Positions 29,468 to 40,058 of a stretch of 64,000 bases of DNA are shown here, in pieces. How positions within the stretch are numbered: the first letter of the stretch is position 1; each line of letters opens with the position of its first letter. The notes beneath the pieces were generated by a model that ran no database searches, was not told the DNA's origin, and worked only from the letters and a program-made list of their open reading frames with translations. The position numbers were made by a program, and so were the translations under genes. Origin of the DNA: Fidelibacterota bacterium. GTDB lineage: Bacteria; Fidelibacterota; UBA2242. Location: assembly GCA_049975265.1 (NCBI GenBank), contig JBNGDF010000005.1:10220-74219 (forward strand), in the 5' to 3' direction.

Positions 29468-32185
29468 ATGAATAAATTTGGTGTGGTTGTAATAGTTGGA
29501 CTGGTCTTATTGATTTGTATTAGTGCTTTGGCTGCACGACCGGAAAAATCATGGGGAAGATTGTTGATAAAAACACCGGTGATCCGATTGTCGGCGCTAA
29601 TATCTATATTGAAGGTACCAGTATGGGGACGGCATCGGATATCAATGGCGATTACTTTATTATCAACATTCCACCCGGAACCTACACACTGATCTGTTCT
29701 TATGTTGGATATGAACGCATCTCCGTAGTAAATATTGAGGTCAACGTTGACCGGACTACAATTCAAAATTTTTCTATCGCTCCCCAAGCAATTGAGGGTG
29801 AGGAAGTAACGGTTATTGGGACCCGCAAGATTATTGAAATGGACCGCACAAATACAGCGGCTTATGTAACATCAGAAGAAATTCAGACCATGCCGGTGCA
29901 GGAGCTGGGCGACCTTATTCAGCTGCAAACGGGTGTGGTGAAGGATGCCGGTGGTACTTTTCATATTCGTGGTGGTCGCGGTGGTGAAATCGCCTATCTG
30001 ATTGACGGAGTTCCGGTGACGGATCAATATAACGGCGGAAGTTCCATTGCGATGGAAAACAGCTGGGTTCAGGAGCTGCAGGTCATCAGCGGTACGTTTA
30101 ACGCCGAGTTACGGTCAGGCTCAATCGGGTGTCGTCAATATGATTACCAAGGAGGGTGCGAAAAAATTTGGCGGAAATGCCTCGCTCTCAATTGGCGATT
30201 ATCTTTCAAGCCATTCAGATATTTTTATGAATATCGGGGAGATAAATATAAATGAGAAGGACCTCAATCTGAACTTCAGAGGACCGATCTCCCTTATTCG
30301 GAATTTGTCTTTTTACACATCCCTGCGCTATTATCAGACCGATGGCTGGTTATACGGACAGCGTCGGGTGCTTATCGATGATACCGTGCCGATCCAGCAT
30401 TATGTCTATCAGGCTCAACGAAATCCCACTCAGGAGGAGTCACTTTATGGGTATAACATTCCGGACTCGCTGATGAATGGAGACGGCGCCTATATTCCCA
30501 TGAATGGCAGAGAAAAAATTTCCGGTTACGGGAAGCTTTCGTACATGCTTACGCCGAAAATTAAGATCAACTATTCGCTATTTTACAATAAGACGGAATC
30601 CAGGTCCTACAGTGATTCCCGGCGCTACTCTCCTGACGGTGTACGTCCGTCTCATGACCGCAATTATAATCACATTCTCAGTCTGAATCACATCCTCTCA
30701 AATAAGACCTTTTATAATCTCAACCTATCCCATTATGCCAAAAACACCTGGTCTTACCTTTTTGAAAATCCTCTGGATCCGCGTTACCAAGGCATTGCCT
30801 TTAGTGACCAGGGATTCATCTTTGGCGGCACTCAGAACGACCGGTATGATATTTTACGCTCGGCGACATCAGTTAAATTTGATCTGACCAGTCAGATCAA
30901 CAAGTTCAATCAGGTTAAAATGGGGCTCGAGTATAAGCAACACAAACTTGATTACAACTCTTCCAAAACGGTAGCATACGGTGTCAACTACCAGCCGCCC
31001 GATTCTCTGGCGGTGCCTGCGAGAAATACGGCAAATAATAATCATTATCTGGTAAAGCCCTTAGAAGCATCAATATATATTCAGGACAAAATTGAATTCA
31101 GAGAGGTGATCATCAATGTCGGTTTACGTTACGATTACTGGGACCCGGTAGCTCAGATCCCCGTGGATTTACGCGCCAGAACAAATATCTATGATGGTAT
31201 TCGACTGGATTCGGAACTCAGGAAAGCCAAAAAACAGATGCAACTGAGTCCCCGATTGTGTTTAGCATATCCTATTTCCGACCGGGGAGTATTTCACGTT
31301 TCCTACGGTCACTTTTTCCAGCTGCCGCGTTTCAATGCAATTTACAATAATTACGAATATGAGATTGAACTGGGCGGGCTGCGTACAACAATGGGCAACG
31401 TGAATTTGAAACCGGAACAGACAGTAGCTTACGAGTTGGGACTTCAACAGCAACTTGCGGCGGACTACAGTATTGACATTACCGTTTATTATAAGGACAT
31501 CCGTAATTTACTGAGTCAGGAAATCATCAGTACCTATGATGACAAGGTCTATGCCCGCTATATTAATCGTGATTACGGCAATGTAAAGGGTATCATCTTT
31601 TCGGTGAACAAAGCCTATTCGAATTATTTTTCCGGTGGGATTGATTACACCTATCAGGTGGCGATGGGGAATGCGTCTGATCCGAATGCTGTCTTTACAA
31701 GATATCAGACCGATCCACCGGCGGAGGACGAAAAGCAGGTGGTCCCTCTGGACTGGGATCAGCGGCATACCTTGAATGCGTCGGCGATTGTTGGGAATCC
31801 GTCCAACTGGACCTTTGCGGTAATCGGGCGGTTTGCCACAGGAATGCCTTACACGCCGACCAACCCCGGTAGTCAGTTGACGACCCAGTTTGAAAACAGT
31901 GCCCGCAGACCGGCGACGTATAACATTGACCTGAATATCTATAAATCGGTGAAATTGCAGCGCTATAAGCTGAATCTCTTTTGCAAGATATTCAATTTGA
32001 CCGACCGTTTAAATGAGATCAGAATCTATTCCAGTACCGGCAATGCCCGTCATCCCTACAGGACCATTCCCAATATGGAGGTGCTGCAAAACAATCCGAA
32101 TTTCACGGTGGATGAGGTGGATTTGAATCCTACCTACTATTCCAGTCCCCGACGGGTTTTATTCGGTATAAGTGTCGATTTCTAA
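29468..32185 (+). CDS. TonB-dependent outer-membrane receptor (CarboxypepD_reg + plug + barrel), locus 1; reading frame broken by two compensating 1-nt frameshifts
   Basis: Signal peptide MNKFGVVVIVGLVLLICISALAA in frame A. GKIVDKNTGDPIVGANIYIEG...plug domain in frame B from about 29527. Returns to frame A at about 30108 (NAE|YGQAQSGVVNMITKEGAKKF). Paralog at 56024..58735 is colinear and intact. C-terminal ...VLFGISVDF. Alignment with the paralog indicates one extra nt near 30106-30110. Confidence 0.7.
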
Positions 32186-32200
32186 AAGAGGAAAATATTC

Positions 32201-35200
32201 ATGTGCAAATCAATAATAATACGATGCCTTGTTCCTGTTACCCTTCTGTTTCTGACCAAGCAGGGGTTGTTCGCCGGAGCTGATGAGCGTACCACCGGGG
32301 TTCATGATGGTAACCTTGTAATTACCCGCTATTCGAATTATGGCAACCTGGGGCACCGCGATTCCAGTCCGCGGATGGAATGGCCGAAGGGGACCGGTTT
32401 TGTCTACGGGTTTGAATTTATTATGATGGCGGGTGCTGAAGTGCTGGACGTTAACGGCGATACAGTCCATATCGTATCGGAATCCTATTCACATCCAACC
32501 AGCGGGGATATTTCGGCAGACGGAACGCACTGGTACAGCTGGCAACCGTTGCCGGGTTATTACAATATGGGACCCGAAAACAAGCTGTTATATCCGGCGA
32601 TGAGTCATAAACCAGAGACCTGGCCGGCAAGCTGGCCTCACGACTACCCCGGCGAACCCGGAACCCGTGACGGTTTGTGGAACGGTGAGTTTGGTGCTTA
32701 TACGCGCGCTGATCAGGAAAGTTACTATGTCATGGACGATCGTGACAATGACGAGTACGAATATTATCCCTTTATCGGAAGTTCTGTTGATTCATCGGGC
32801 TATCCCTACGGGAGGCGTGGTCTTGGATTTGAGGTGAAAATGCGCGGCTATCAGTGGGCGGCAGTAGAGGCGGAAGACATTCTGATTGTGTGTTACGATA
32901 TTGCCAATGTCAGTCATAAAAACCTCGAGACAGTTGTATTCGGTATGTACGTGGATGCCATGGTGGGTGGTACCAATGACAATCCCGATCATGCAACATT
33001 TGACGATTTGGATGATATTACCTATTGCTGGGATCATGATGGTGTGGACAATCGGGGTCGCCCGGGGCTCGGTTTTTTCGGATTTGCTTTTTTGGAAAGT
33101 CCCGGTGATCCGCTAAATGGAGTAGATGATGATCAGGATGGGTTAATCGATGAACGTCAGGATAATCCTCGCGGCAACTATATTTTTGGTTCAATCGGCA
33201 ATTTTGGAGAGCCCTGTTGGCACTGGGAAGGCGATGAAGATGGGGATTGGCGCCCTTATTTGGATGAGAACGGAAATGGACAGTGGGACCACGGTGAATT
33301 CATCGGTGATGATGTCGGTTCGGATGGGATCGGACCATATGACCAGGACTATCCGGGACCAGATCCTGATGGAACCGAAGCCAACGGAATGCCCGATGAC
33401 GGCGAACCGAATTATAATAAGACCGACAACGATGAATCGGATCAGATCGGCTTGACCAGTTCAGTATTGTGTGAAGCCCAGAGTATGGCACCCGACGAGC
33501 GCACCTGGAACCATATGAAGCCTGGCCTGTTTGCCTGGGTTCAACCTTCTAATCTCGCGTTTGTTTACGGCTCGGGCTATTTTAAGGTTATGCAAGCAGA
33601 AACCCGCAAATTTGCCATTGCCTGTCTGTTTGGAATTGATGAAGATGATATATACCGTAATAAAAGAACTATGCAGCGGATTTACGATGCCGATTATAGC
33701 TTTACTAAACCGCCGCTGAAGCCGCGTTTGACGGCTATAGCCGGTGATGGTAAAGTGATTCTCAGTTGGGATAAACGCGCTGAATTGTCCATTGATCCAA
33801 TCTATAAAGAGGATTTTGAAGGATACTTAGTCTATCGCTCTACAGATCCCTCATTTAATGATATTAAGACGGTCACCGATGCCTACGGTGCGCCGATTTA
33901 CTGGAAACCGATTGCCCAGTACGATCTGGTTGACGGTCTGAAGGGTCCGCATCCAATCGCAATTGAAGGGACCGGTGCGCAATTTTACATGGGTAAGGAC
34001 ACCGGTCTGAAATACTACTACGTCGATGAAGATGTCCAAAACGGGCGTACCTACTACTATGCAGTCTGTTCGTATGACAAGGGATATGACACGGACTTTT
34101 ATGAAAAGGGGTTCTCCCGCTATGATCTCCTGGCTCCGGTAGCGCCTTCGGAGTGTTCAAAAATTATTCAGACCGACCTCGTGGGCAATGTCACCAGTGT
34201 TGACCGTAACTGTGCCGTCGTCGTGCCCAATGCCCCCAGCGCCGGGTATGTGCCCGGTCAGGTGGAGGAAATTGAGCATATCGGCATTGCTACCGGCGAG
34301 TATGCCGTCAATGTTATCGTGCCCGATAGCGTTAAAGATGGTCATACTTATGAAATCACTTTTCTGGATGATTCGACGGACTGGCGCAATACAAAGAGTG
34401 TTAAAGTTGAAAATGTAACGGCGGGAAAGATTTTATACCAGAATGATTATAATGAATTCGAGATCAGTAACGAACTTTTTGAGGGGCTCCAGTTCGAATT
34501 TGACAACGATTCAACCTATATCAAAGAGTATGGCTGGCGGGTGGGTAATTGCAATCTGCCCGTAGAAGTGGACACGGCGTGGGGTGTCAAAATTATCCGG
34601 GTTCCGGAAGATCTGGAAATAAGGGTACTTGGTCCCAATGCCGACACCACCTACAATCCCCTTGCATGGGAGCGGTATCCGGTCAATTTTCAGGTGTGGA
34701 GTACGACCCGCAATGAACAGATGGATTTCATGTTCAGTGAACCGATTAATAAAGACAGTATGCTGAACGCCGGTGATAAGGTCTATCCGGTGATTAATGC
34801 CAAAGGATTTAATTACAACGATATATGGGAAATTTACTTTCGCCACGACACCACCCAAAAGGATGTGATTTTACCGCAGCCGGGTGACATTTTTGAAATT
34901 AAGGTCTATAAACCCTTTAACTCCGATGATACGCTCCGTTTTACAACAGCAGGTTCCTTCGTCAGCAAAACAGAAGCGAAGAGCAGTCTGGACGATGTAT
35001 ATGTCGTTCCCGATCCCTATGTGGTGACAGCCAGCTGGGAAAAACCACTGTTTTATGCCAGCGGTCGGGGTGAACGCCGGGTCGATTTTGTCAATCTGCC
35101 GCAGAAGTGTACGATTCGGATTTTTACCATGAGTGGAAAGCGGGTGCGGACCCTGCACCACTCCGCTGATTTAACGGATGATGGAACGGAATCCTGGGAT

Positions 35201-35305
35201 TTACTGACCGAAGACGGTCTGACGGTAGCCTTTGGAGTGTATATTTTTCATGTGGAGGCACCGGGGATTGGCTCCAAAATTGGAAAATTTGCCATTATCA
35301 AATAA
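32201..35305 (+). CDS. Large secreted Ca-binding-repeat protein with FN3-like domains and T9SS C-terminal sorting domain (locus-1 cargo A)
   Basis: Signal peptide. Many DxDxDG-type acidic repeats (DDDQDGLIDE, DENGNGQWD, DPDGTEANGMPDDGEP). FN3-like block (...VILSWDKRAELS...YLVYRS...). C-terminus ...CTIRIFTMSGKRVRTLHHSA...GVYIFHVEAPGIGSKIGKFAIIK resembles a T9SS C-terminal sorting domain. 15 bp downstream of the receptor gene. Confidence 0.75.
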   Translation: MCKSIIIRCLVPVTLLFLTKQGLFAGADERTTGVHDGNLVITRYSNYGNLGHRDSSPRMEWPKGTGFVYGFEFIMMAGAEVLDVNGDTVHIVSESYSHPTSGDISADGTHWYSWQPLPGYYNMGPENKLLYPAMSHKPETWPASWPHDYPGEPGTRDGLWNGEFGAYTRADQESYYVMDDRDNDEYEYYPFIGSSVDSSGYPYGRRGLGFEVKMRGYQWAAVEAEDILIVCYDIANVSHKNLETVVFGMYVDAMVGGTNDNPDHATFDDLDDITYCWDHDGVDNRGRPGLGFFGFAFLESPGDPLNGVDDDQDGLIDERQDNPRGNYIFGSIGNFGEPCWHWEGDEDGDWRPYLDENGNGQWDHGEFIGDDVGSDGIGPYDQDYPGPDPDGTEANGMPDDGEPNYNKTDNDESDQIGLTSSVLCEAQSMAPDERTWNHMKPGLFAWVQPSNLAFVYGSGYFKVMQAETRKFAIACLFGIDEDDIYRNKRTMQRIYDADYSFTKPPLKPRLTAIAGDGKVILSWDKRAELSIDPIYKEDFEGYLVYRSTDPSFNDIKTVTDAYGAPIYWKPIAQYDLVDGLKGPHPIAIEGTGAQFYMGKDTGLKYYYVDEDVQNGRTYYYAVCSYDKGYDTDFYEKGFSRYDLLAPVAPSECSKIIQTDLVGNVTSVDRNCAVVVPNAPSAGYVPGQVEEIEHIGIATGEYAVNVIVPDSVKDGHTYEITFLDDSTDWRNTKSVKVENVTAGKILYQNDYNEFEISNELFEGLQFEFDNDSTYIKEYGWRVGNCNLPVEVDTAWGVKIIRVPEDLEIRVLGPNADTTYNPLAWERYPVNFQVWSTTRNEQMDFMFSEPINKDSMLNAGDKVYPVINAKGFNYNDIWEIYFRHDTTQKDVILPQPGDIFEIKVYKPFNSDDTLRFTTAGSFVSKTEAKSSLDDVYVVPDPYVVTASWEKPLFYASGRGERRVDFVNLPQKCTIRIFTMSGKRVRTLHHSADLTDDGTESWDLLTEDGLTVAFGVYIFHVEAPGIGSKIGKFAIIK

Positions 35306-35333
35306 GCGATGTTCTCTTTAGTTGGAGTAAGAT

Positions 35334-36401
35334 ATGCCAGTTATTAAAAGTATTCGGAAAATCGTAATTCTCTTTGCCATACTGGGGTTTTCAACAGTTC
35401 TGATGGCGCAGTTTACGGAAGATGAATATATTGAAAGTGTCTATAAAGAAGATGTCATGAAGCGGGGTACTTCGGCGGCACCCTTTCTTGAAATCGGTGT
35501 CGGCGCCAAAGCGCAGGCGATGGGTGGCGCTTTTACGGCGATTGCGAATGATGCCAGCGCCCTGTTCTGGAATCCGGCTGGCATCACCCAGATTCAGACG
35601 ATATCCGCTTCGGTAATTTATACAGAATGGCTGGCGAATACGCGGCATGAGTACTTTGGCGCCGTCATACCGTTGGGAGGGCGTTTCGCCTGGGGTCTGA
35701 ATGCCACAATCCTTGATTATGTGGATGAACAGCCGGTGCGGACCATTGACCAACCGGAAGGTACCGGCGAGTACTGGACGGCTTCGGATATGGCGTTGGC
35801 GACTTCCTTTGCCGCCCGGATTACCGACCGCTTTTCCTTTGGCATGAGTGCCAAATATATCCGCATGCAGATCTGGAACGAGACCGCCAGCGCCGGAGCA
35901 CTCGATTTTGGCGTCTTGTATAAATCGCAGTTGAAAGGACTGACCCTGGGAACGAGCATTTCCAATTTTGGAACCACACTGAAGCTTGACGGTCGTGATT
36001 TGGTGCGGGCGTATGATGCCGATAAGCAGCATTATTCGAATGACCAGCTGAATGTGCTTTACAAAATGGAGAGCTATCCGTTGCCGCTGCTGTTCCGTTT
36101 CGGAATTGCCTACAGCATTACGCGATCTAAAAACCAGTTGACCCTGACCTGCGATCTGAATCATCCGTCCAATGATATTGAGAGCATCAACGTGGGTTTG
36201 GAGTACTGTCTGCTGAATATTTTTTATTTGCGGACCGGTTACCAATCGCTGTTTGATGATGACAGTGAAAACGGCTTGACGTACGGTTTCGGGCTGGAAA
36301 CGCCGCTGAAAAATTCCTTCGGTCTGGCGTTTAGTTACTCTTTTGCCGAGTGGGGATTGCTGGAAAACGTTCAGCGTTTTTCGGTTGATTTGAAAATGTA
36401 A
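35334..36401 (+). CDS. T9SS-associated outer-membrane beta-barrel (PorV/PorQ/PorP-like) encoded inside the cargo locus
   Basis: Signal peptide. Conserved N-terminal block LEIGVGAKAQAMGGAFTAIANDASALFWNPAGI (the A-MGGA...D-SA-FWNPAG pattern typical of PorV-type shuttle barrels). C-terminal aromatic ending. Paralog at 61955..63028. Confidence 0.5.
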   Translation: MPVIKSIRKIVILFAILGFSTVLMAQFTEDEYIESVYKEDVMKRGTSAAPFLEIGVGAKAQAMGGAFTAIANDASALFWNPAGITQIQTISASVIYTEWLANTRHEYFGAVIPLGGRFAWGLNATILDYVDEQPVRTIDQPEGTGEYWTASDMALATSFAARITDRFSFGMSAKYIRMQIWNETASAGALDFGVLYKSQLKGLTLGTSISNFGTTLKLDGRDLVRAYDADKQHYSNDQLNVLYKMESYPLPLLFRFGIAYSITRSKNQLTLTCDLNHPSNDIESINVGLEYCLLNIFYLRTGYQSLFDDDSENGLTYGFGLETPLKNSFGLAFSYSFAEWGLLENVQRFSVDLKM

Positions 36402-36460
36402 TGAAGGAAAAGATTTTAAATAAAACAAATGAATACAACAGGAATTAACAGAAGGAGAGA

Positions 36461-39058
36461 ATGATGAAAGTATGGAAAATTGTTACTCTGTTTTTCATGA
36501 TATTAGTCGTTTTGAGTCCCGGAATTCTTACGGCTCAATGGGGTACCTGTCTGCATTTTACTCAGATGGAGCATGACAAGGTAACGGTCTATGATACGCC
36601 CAGTTTGTGGCCCGGAGTCCTGAACGCCGGAACAGTGGAGTTATGGTTCAAACCGGATACGATATTCAAGAGCGACACCCACGGTCCGGATTATACCTAT
36701 ATTTTCTGTAAAAATATTTCCGGAAACTGGGTTGGCGACATGGGTCTGCACTGGATTCGGGGCGAAGGAGACATGGCTTGCTTCATCCAGAGCGGTGATG
36801 CCGCCAATTATCCCACACAGACAGTCAGATCGAATAACGATGTGTTTGAAGCCCGCTGGTATCATGTGGCTTATGTCTGGGATACCGCCGATTCCATGCG
36901 TCTGTTTATTGACGGCAAAATGCAGGATGATATCGAGCCCGATCCGAACTCGGTAGGCGAGTACTGTTATGGCGTACCAAACGGAACGCAGCTGATCAAT
37001 ATCGGAACCGGTGCGCAGGATATGTGGTATTCTCGTTATGAAACCTTTCCCGGTTGCATTGATGAGGTCCGGGTTTCGGGTGTAGCCCGTTATACTGAGG
37101 ATTTTGAAGTGCCCGATGAACCGCTTGATGCGGATGTGTATACGGTCGCCCTCTGGCATTTTGATGAAGGCGAGGGCAATATTGCCAATGATGCCAGTGG
37201 TTACGGCTTTACCGGTACGCTGGGAGACCCCGATTCGGCACTGGGCGTAGCCACTCCGGAATGGGTTGAGGTGATTCGTGATCCGAAGATACTGATTAAT
37301 GAAGTTTTAGCCGATCCGCATGATGATGTTCAATACGGAGATGCCAATGGTGACGGGGTCCGGAATGCCTCTCAGGACGAATTCGTTGAGCTAGTTTGTG
37401 TGGCACAAAAACCGGTGGATATGACTGGCTGGAAACTGGGTGACGACGATGCGCTGAATTTTCAGTTTCCCGATGGCTATCTACTTCAGCCCAACGAATT
37501 TGTGACCATTTTCGGCGGGGGCGACGTCAGCGGATTTCCGGGATACAGTTCCGATCTTCTACTGACAAAGGTGTTTTCAGCCGGCGGGAGCATCGGCGAC
37601 GGACTGGATGAAGCCGGAGACTATGTGGTGATGCAATCGGCGAACGGGCTGGATAACACCTACCTGGCATTTGGCAGCGTAAGCGGGGATCCGACCGGGA
37701 GCGCCGTCAGTGAGCTGACCTGGGAATTTTCTCAGAGTACTGCCGCCAATGCCGCCAATGATAATTCCATTACCCGCAGTCCTGATGCCGGACAGGATAC
37801 GGATGACCCATTCACTGAACATCTGAATGTCAGCAGCGATTACTTCTCACCCGGCAAGACGCTGGAAGGTTTTTCGACCTTAGCCTATACATTGACAATT
37901 AATATATCGCCAGCCGGTGCCGGAACTGTTGAGTTAGATGAAGAGAGTGCCGCCAAAACCGAATTCGGCTACGGAGACTTGGTCACCCTGACCGCCCATG
38001 CGAACGGGCTTTACATTTTTGATAAATGGTCCGGTGATGAGAGTTCTATGGTGAATCCGGTGATCATCTCCATGAAGAGTTCGAAAGTCATTACGGCGGA
38101 ATTTATTGAAGCCTTTCAACGACCGGTCACTATTCTGATCAATGAAATTAATGCTGACCCGTCGAACGATCCGATTCTGGGTGACGCCAATGGTGACGGT
38201 TCACGCCATCCCCAGCAGGATGAGTTTGTGGAGTTGGTGAATGTCAGTACGGAGACGGTGGACCTGAGCGGCTGGATGGTCGGTGATGACGAGCGGATTA
38301 GTTTTACCTTTCCGGATGGCGTAACCATCGGACCGGGTGAGTTTGTCACCATATTCGGCGGTGGCAACATTTCCGGAGTACCGGGTTTTAATGTTAATCC
38401 GCTGAAGAGCCGGGTGTTCGTATCTGCCATTCGTGATACTCTGGGGAACGGACTTGCCAACTCTGGTGAAACGGTGGTGGTCATTTCTGCGGACTCCTCT
38501 TATGCGATGTATTGCAATTACGGCAGCCGGTACGGACAGGGACCGCCGGTCAAGGATTTTAATGCCGGCATCTACTACAATATGCGCATGGATGCGGCAA
38601 CTCCGGGCGACCAGAATCAATCGATGACCCGTTATCCGGATGGCAGTATTGATGTACTGGATAATTTTGTACTGCATACCGAAGTGAATGAGGATAAAGA
38701 ATCCTCGCCGAATTTGACTGTTGACGGCCAGGAAAGCATCACTGTCAATGCCATCGGAGTTGGAAGTGCGGATTTGCCGAGAACATTTCAGCTCTATCGC
38801 AATTTTCCGAATCCCTTTAATCCGACCACGACAATCCGGTTTGCGACACCCAAACAGACACTGGTCAATCTGGCTGTTTATAACATGTTGGGACAGAAAG
38901 TCGCGGATCTGATGAATAAAGAGTGTGCCGCCGGGATTTATGAAGTGCAGTGGAATGGTAAGAACATCGCCGGTGAACCGGTTCCCACCGGCATTTATCT
39001 CTATAGTATTCAGGCGGACGGTTTCCGACGGACACATAAAATGATTCTGATGAAATAG
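36461..39058 (+). CDS. LamG/ConA-like domain + two lamin-tail domains (LTD) + T9SS C-terminal sorting domain protein (locus-1 cargo B)
   Basis: WYHVAYVWDTADSMRLFIDGKMQDD (LamG-like). Two LTD blocks: ILINEVLADPHDD...DEFVELVCVAQKPVDMTGWKLGDDD...FPDGYLLQPNEFVTIFGGG and ILINEINADPSND...DEFVELVNVSTETVDLSGWMVGDDE...FPDGVTIGPGEFVTIFGGG. C-terminal YRNFPNPFNPTTTIRF...VYNMLGQKVADL...GIYLYSIQADGFRRTHKMILMK is a T9SS sorting-domain motif. Confidence 0.8.
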   Translation: MMKVWKIVTLFFMILVVLSPGILTAQWGTCLHFTQMEHDKVTVYDTPSLWPGVLNAGTVELWFKPDTIFKSDTHGPDYTYIFCKNISGNWVGDMGLHWIRGEGDMACFIQSGDAANYPTQTVRSNNDVFEARWYHVAYVWDTADSMRLFIDGKMQDDIEPDPNSVGEYCYGVPNGTQLINIGTGAQDMWYSRYETFPGCIDEVRVSGVARYTEDFEVPDEPLDADVYTVALWHFDEGEGNIANDASGYGFTGTLGDPDSALGVATPEWVEVIRDPKILINEVLADPHDDVQYGDANGDGVRNASQDEFVELVCVAQKPVDMTGWKLGDDDALNFQFPDGYLLQPNEFVTIFGGGDVSGFPGYSSDLLLTKVFSAGGSIGDGLDEAGDYVVMQSANGLDNTYLAFGSVSGDPTGSAVSELTWEFSQSTAANAANDNSITRSPDAGQDTDDPFTEHLNVSSDYFSPGKTLEGFSTLAYTLTINISPAGAGTVELDEESAAKTEFGYGDLVTLTAHANGLYIFDKWSGDESSMVNPVIISMKSSKVITAEFIEAFQRPVTILINEINADPSNDPILGDANGDGSRHPQQDEFVELVNVSTETVDLSGWMVGDDERISFTFPDGVTIGPGEFVTIFGGGNISGVPGFNVNPLKSRVFVSAIRDTLGNGLANSGETVVVISADSSYAMYCNYGSRYGQGPPVKDFNAGIYYNMRMDAATPGDQNQSMTRYPDGSIDVLDNFVLHTEVNEDKESSPNLTVDGQESITVNAIGVGSADLPRTFQLYRNFPNPFNPTTTIRFATPKQTLVNLAVYNMLGQKVADLMNKECAAGIYEVQWNGKNIAGEPVPTGIYLYSIQADGFRRTHKMILMK

Positions 39059-39077
39059 TGTTAAGTGAAAGTGTCAA

Positions 39078-39112
39078 TGGGCGGCTCTCCGGTCGCCCAA
39101 TGCAGCTTTTTT
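39078..39112 (+). terminator. Probable terminator after the locus-1 operon
   Basis: TGGGCG-gctctccggt-CGCCCA stem followed, 7 nt later, by TTTTTT. Confidence 0.4.
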
Positions 39113-39262
39113 GATAGCTTGGGAAAATTTTTTGTCCCCCTGAACAGTCCATTGATTTGACGGAAGTATGTTGTGATTTTTCTACTGAACATTGAAGAAA
39201 GGAGTTCTTCGAAAAATTGATGGGGTAAGCACTCTGTAAATCCGTTGAAAAAGGAGCCAATA

Positions 39263-40039
39263 ATGCGAAATAATCTTAAAATTGTATGGCTGGGACTACT
39301 GCTGGTTTTCGGCGCCTCATGTGCCCGAGTTGACAACCGCATAATCACCGCCCATCGGGGAGCGTCTGGCACTGCACCGGAAAATACAATGATTGCAATC
39401 CAAAGGGCGATCGAGCTGGGCGCCGGTTTTTCGGAAATTGATGTTCAGGAGACTGCCGATGGCGAAATCATTTTACTCCATGACAAGACGTTGGAGCGGA
39501 CCGGCGGTGTCGTCTGGAATATCTGGGATACACCCTATGACTCGTTGAAGAAGATTGAGGTGGGCTCCTGGTTTGCGCCGGAATATGCCGGTGAACCGGT
39601 GCCCCGGCTGGCGGATGTCATAGATGCTGTTAAGGGAAAAATAAAACTGAATATTGAGCTGAAAATCAACGGTCATGAAAAGGAACTGGTAGAAAAGGTG
39701 GTAGACCTGATTCATGAAAAAAAATTCCAGTCGGAATGCATCGTTACCAGTTTTGATCTGCAATCTGTCCAGAAAGTTCGTCAACTGGATAAAAATCTCA
39801 AGGTCGGGTTGATTTTCAGTAAATATCCGGAAAATGTGGATGTGTTTTCTCTGGATGTGGATCTGCTGAGTGTGAAATATACGCTGGTGGATGAAGAATT
39901 TATGCGGAAAGCCCGCGCTAGTGGTAAGGATGTGCATGTCTGGACCGTCAATGACTCGGAGATGATGCAGAAGCTTCTGGATTTGGGCGTAACGAGCATT
40001 ATTACCAATTATCCGGGGAAATTGAGGACGCTGATCTGA
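39263..40039 (+). CDS. Glycerophosphodiester phosphodiesterase (GDPD family), lipoprotein
   Basis: IITAHRGASGTAPENT...EIDVQETADGEIILLHD (GDPD catalytic His/Arg and Glu/Asp blocks). AAGGAG SD 6 nt before the ATG at 39263. Lipobox ...VFGASC. Confidence 0.8.
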   Translation: MRNNLKIVWLGLLLVFGASCARVDNRIITAHRGASGTAPENTMIAIQRAIELGAGFSEIDVQETADGEIILLHDKTLERTGGVVWNIWDTPYDSLKKIEVGSWFAPEYAGEPVPRLADVIDAVKGKIKLNIELKINGHEKELVEKVVDLIHEKKFQSECIVTSFDLQSVQKVRQLDKNLKVGLIFSKYPENVDVFSLDVDLLSVKYTLVDEEFMRKARASGKDVHVWTVNDSEMMQKLLDLGVTSIITNYPGKLRTLI

Positions 40040-40058
40040 GAGTGACAGGAGAACAGTC

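Noticed and set aside
32201-35305. Assigning a catalytic family (e.g. metalloprotease or glycoside hydrolase) to the 1034-aa Ca-binding cargo protein
   Set aside because: I could not find an HExxH or other catalytic signature by eye. Only Ca-binding DxDxDG repeats, an FN3-like block and the T9SS sorting domain are supportable.
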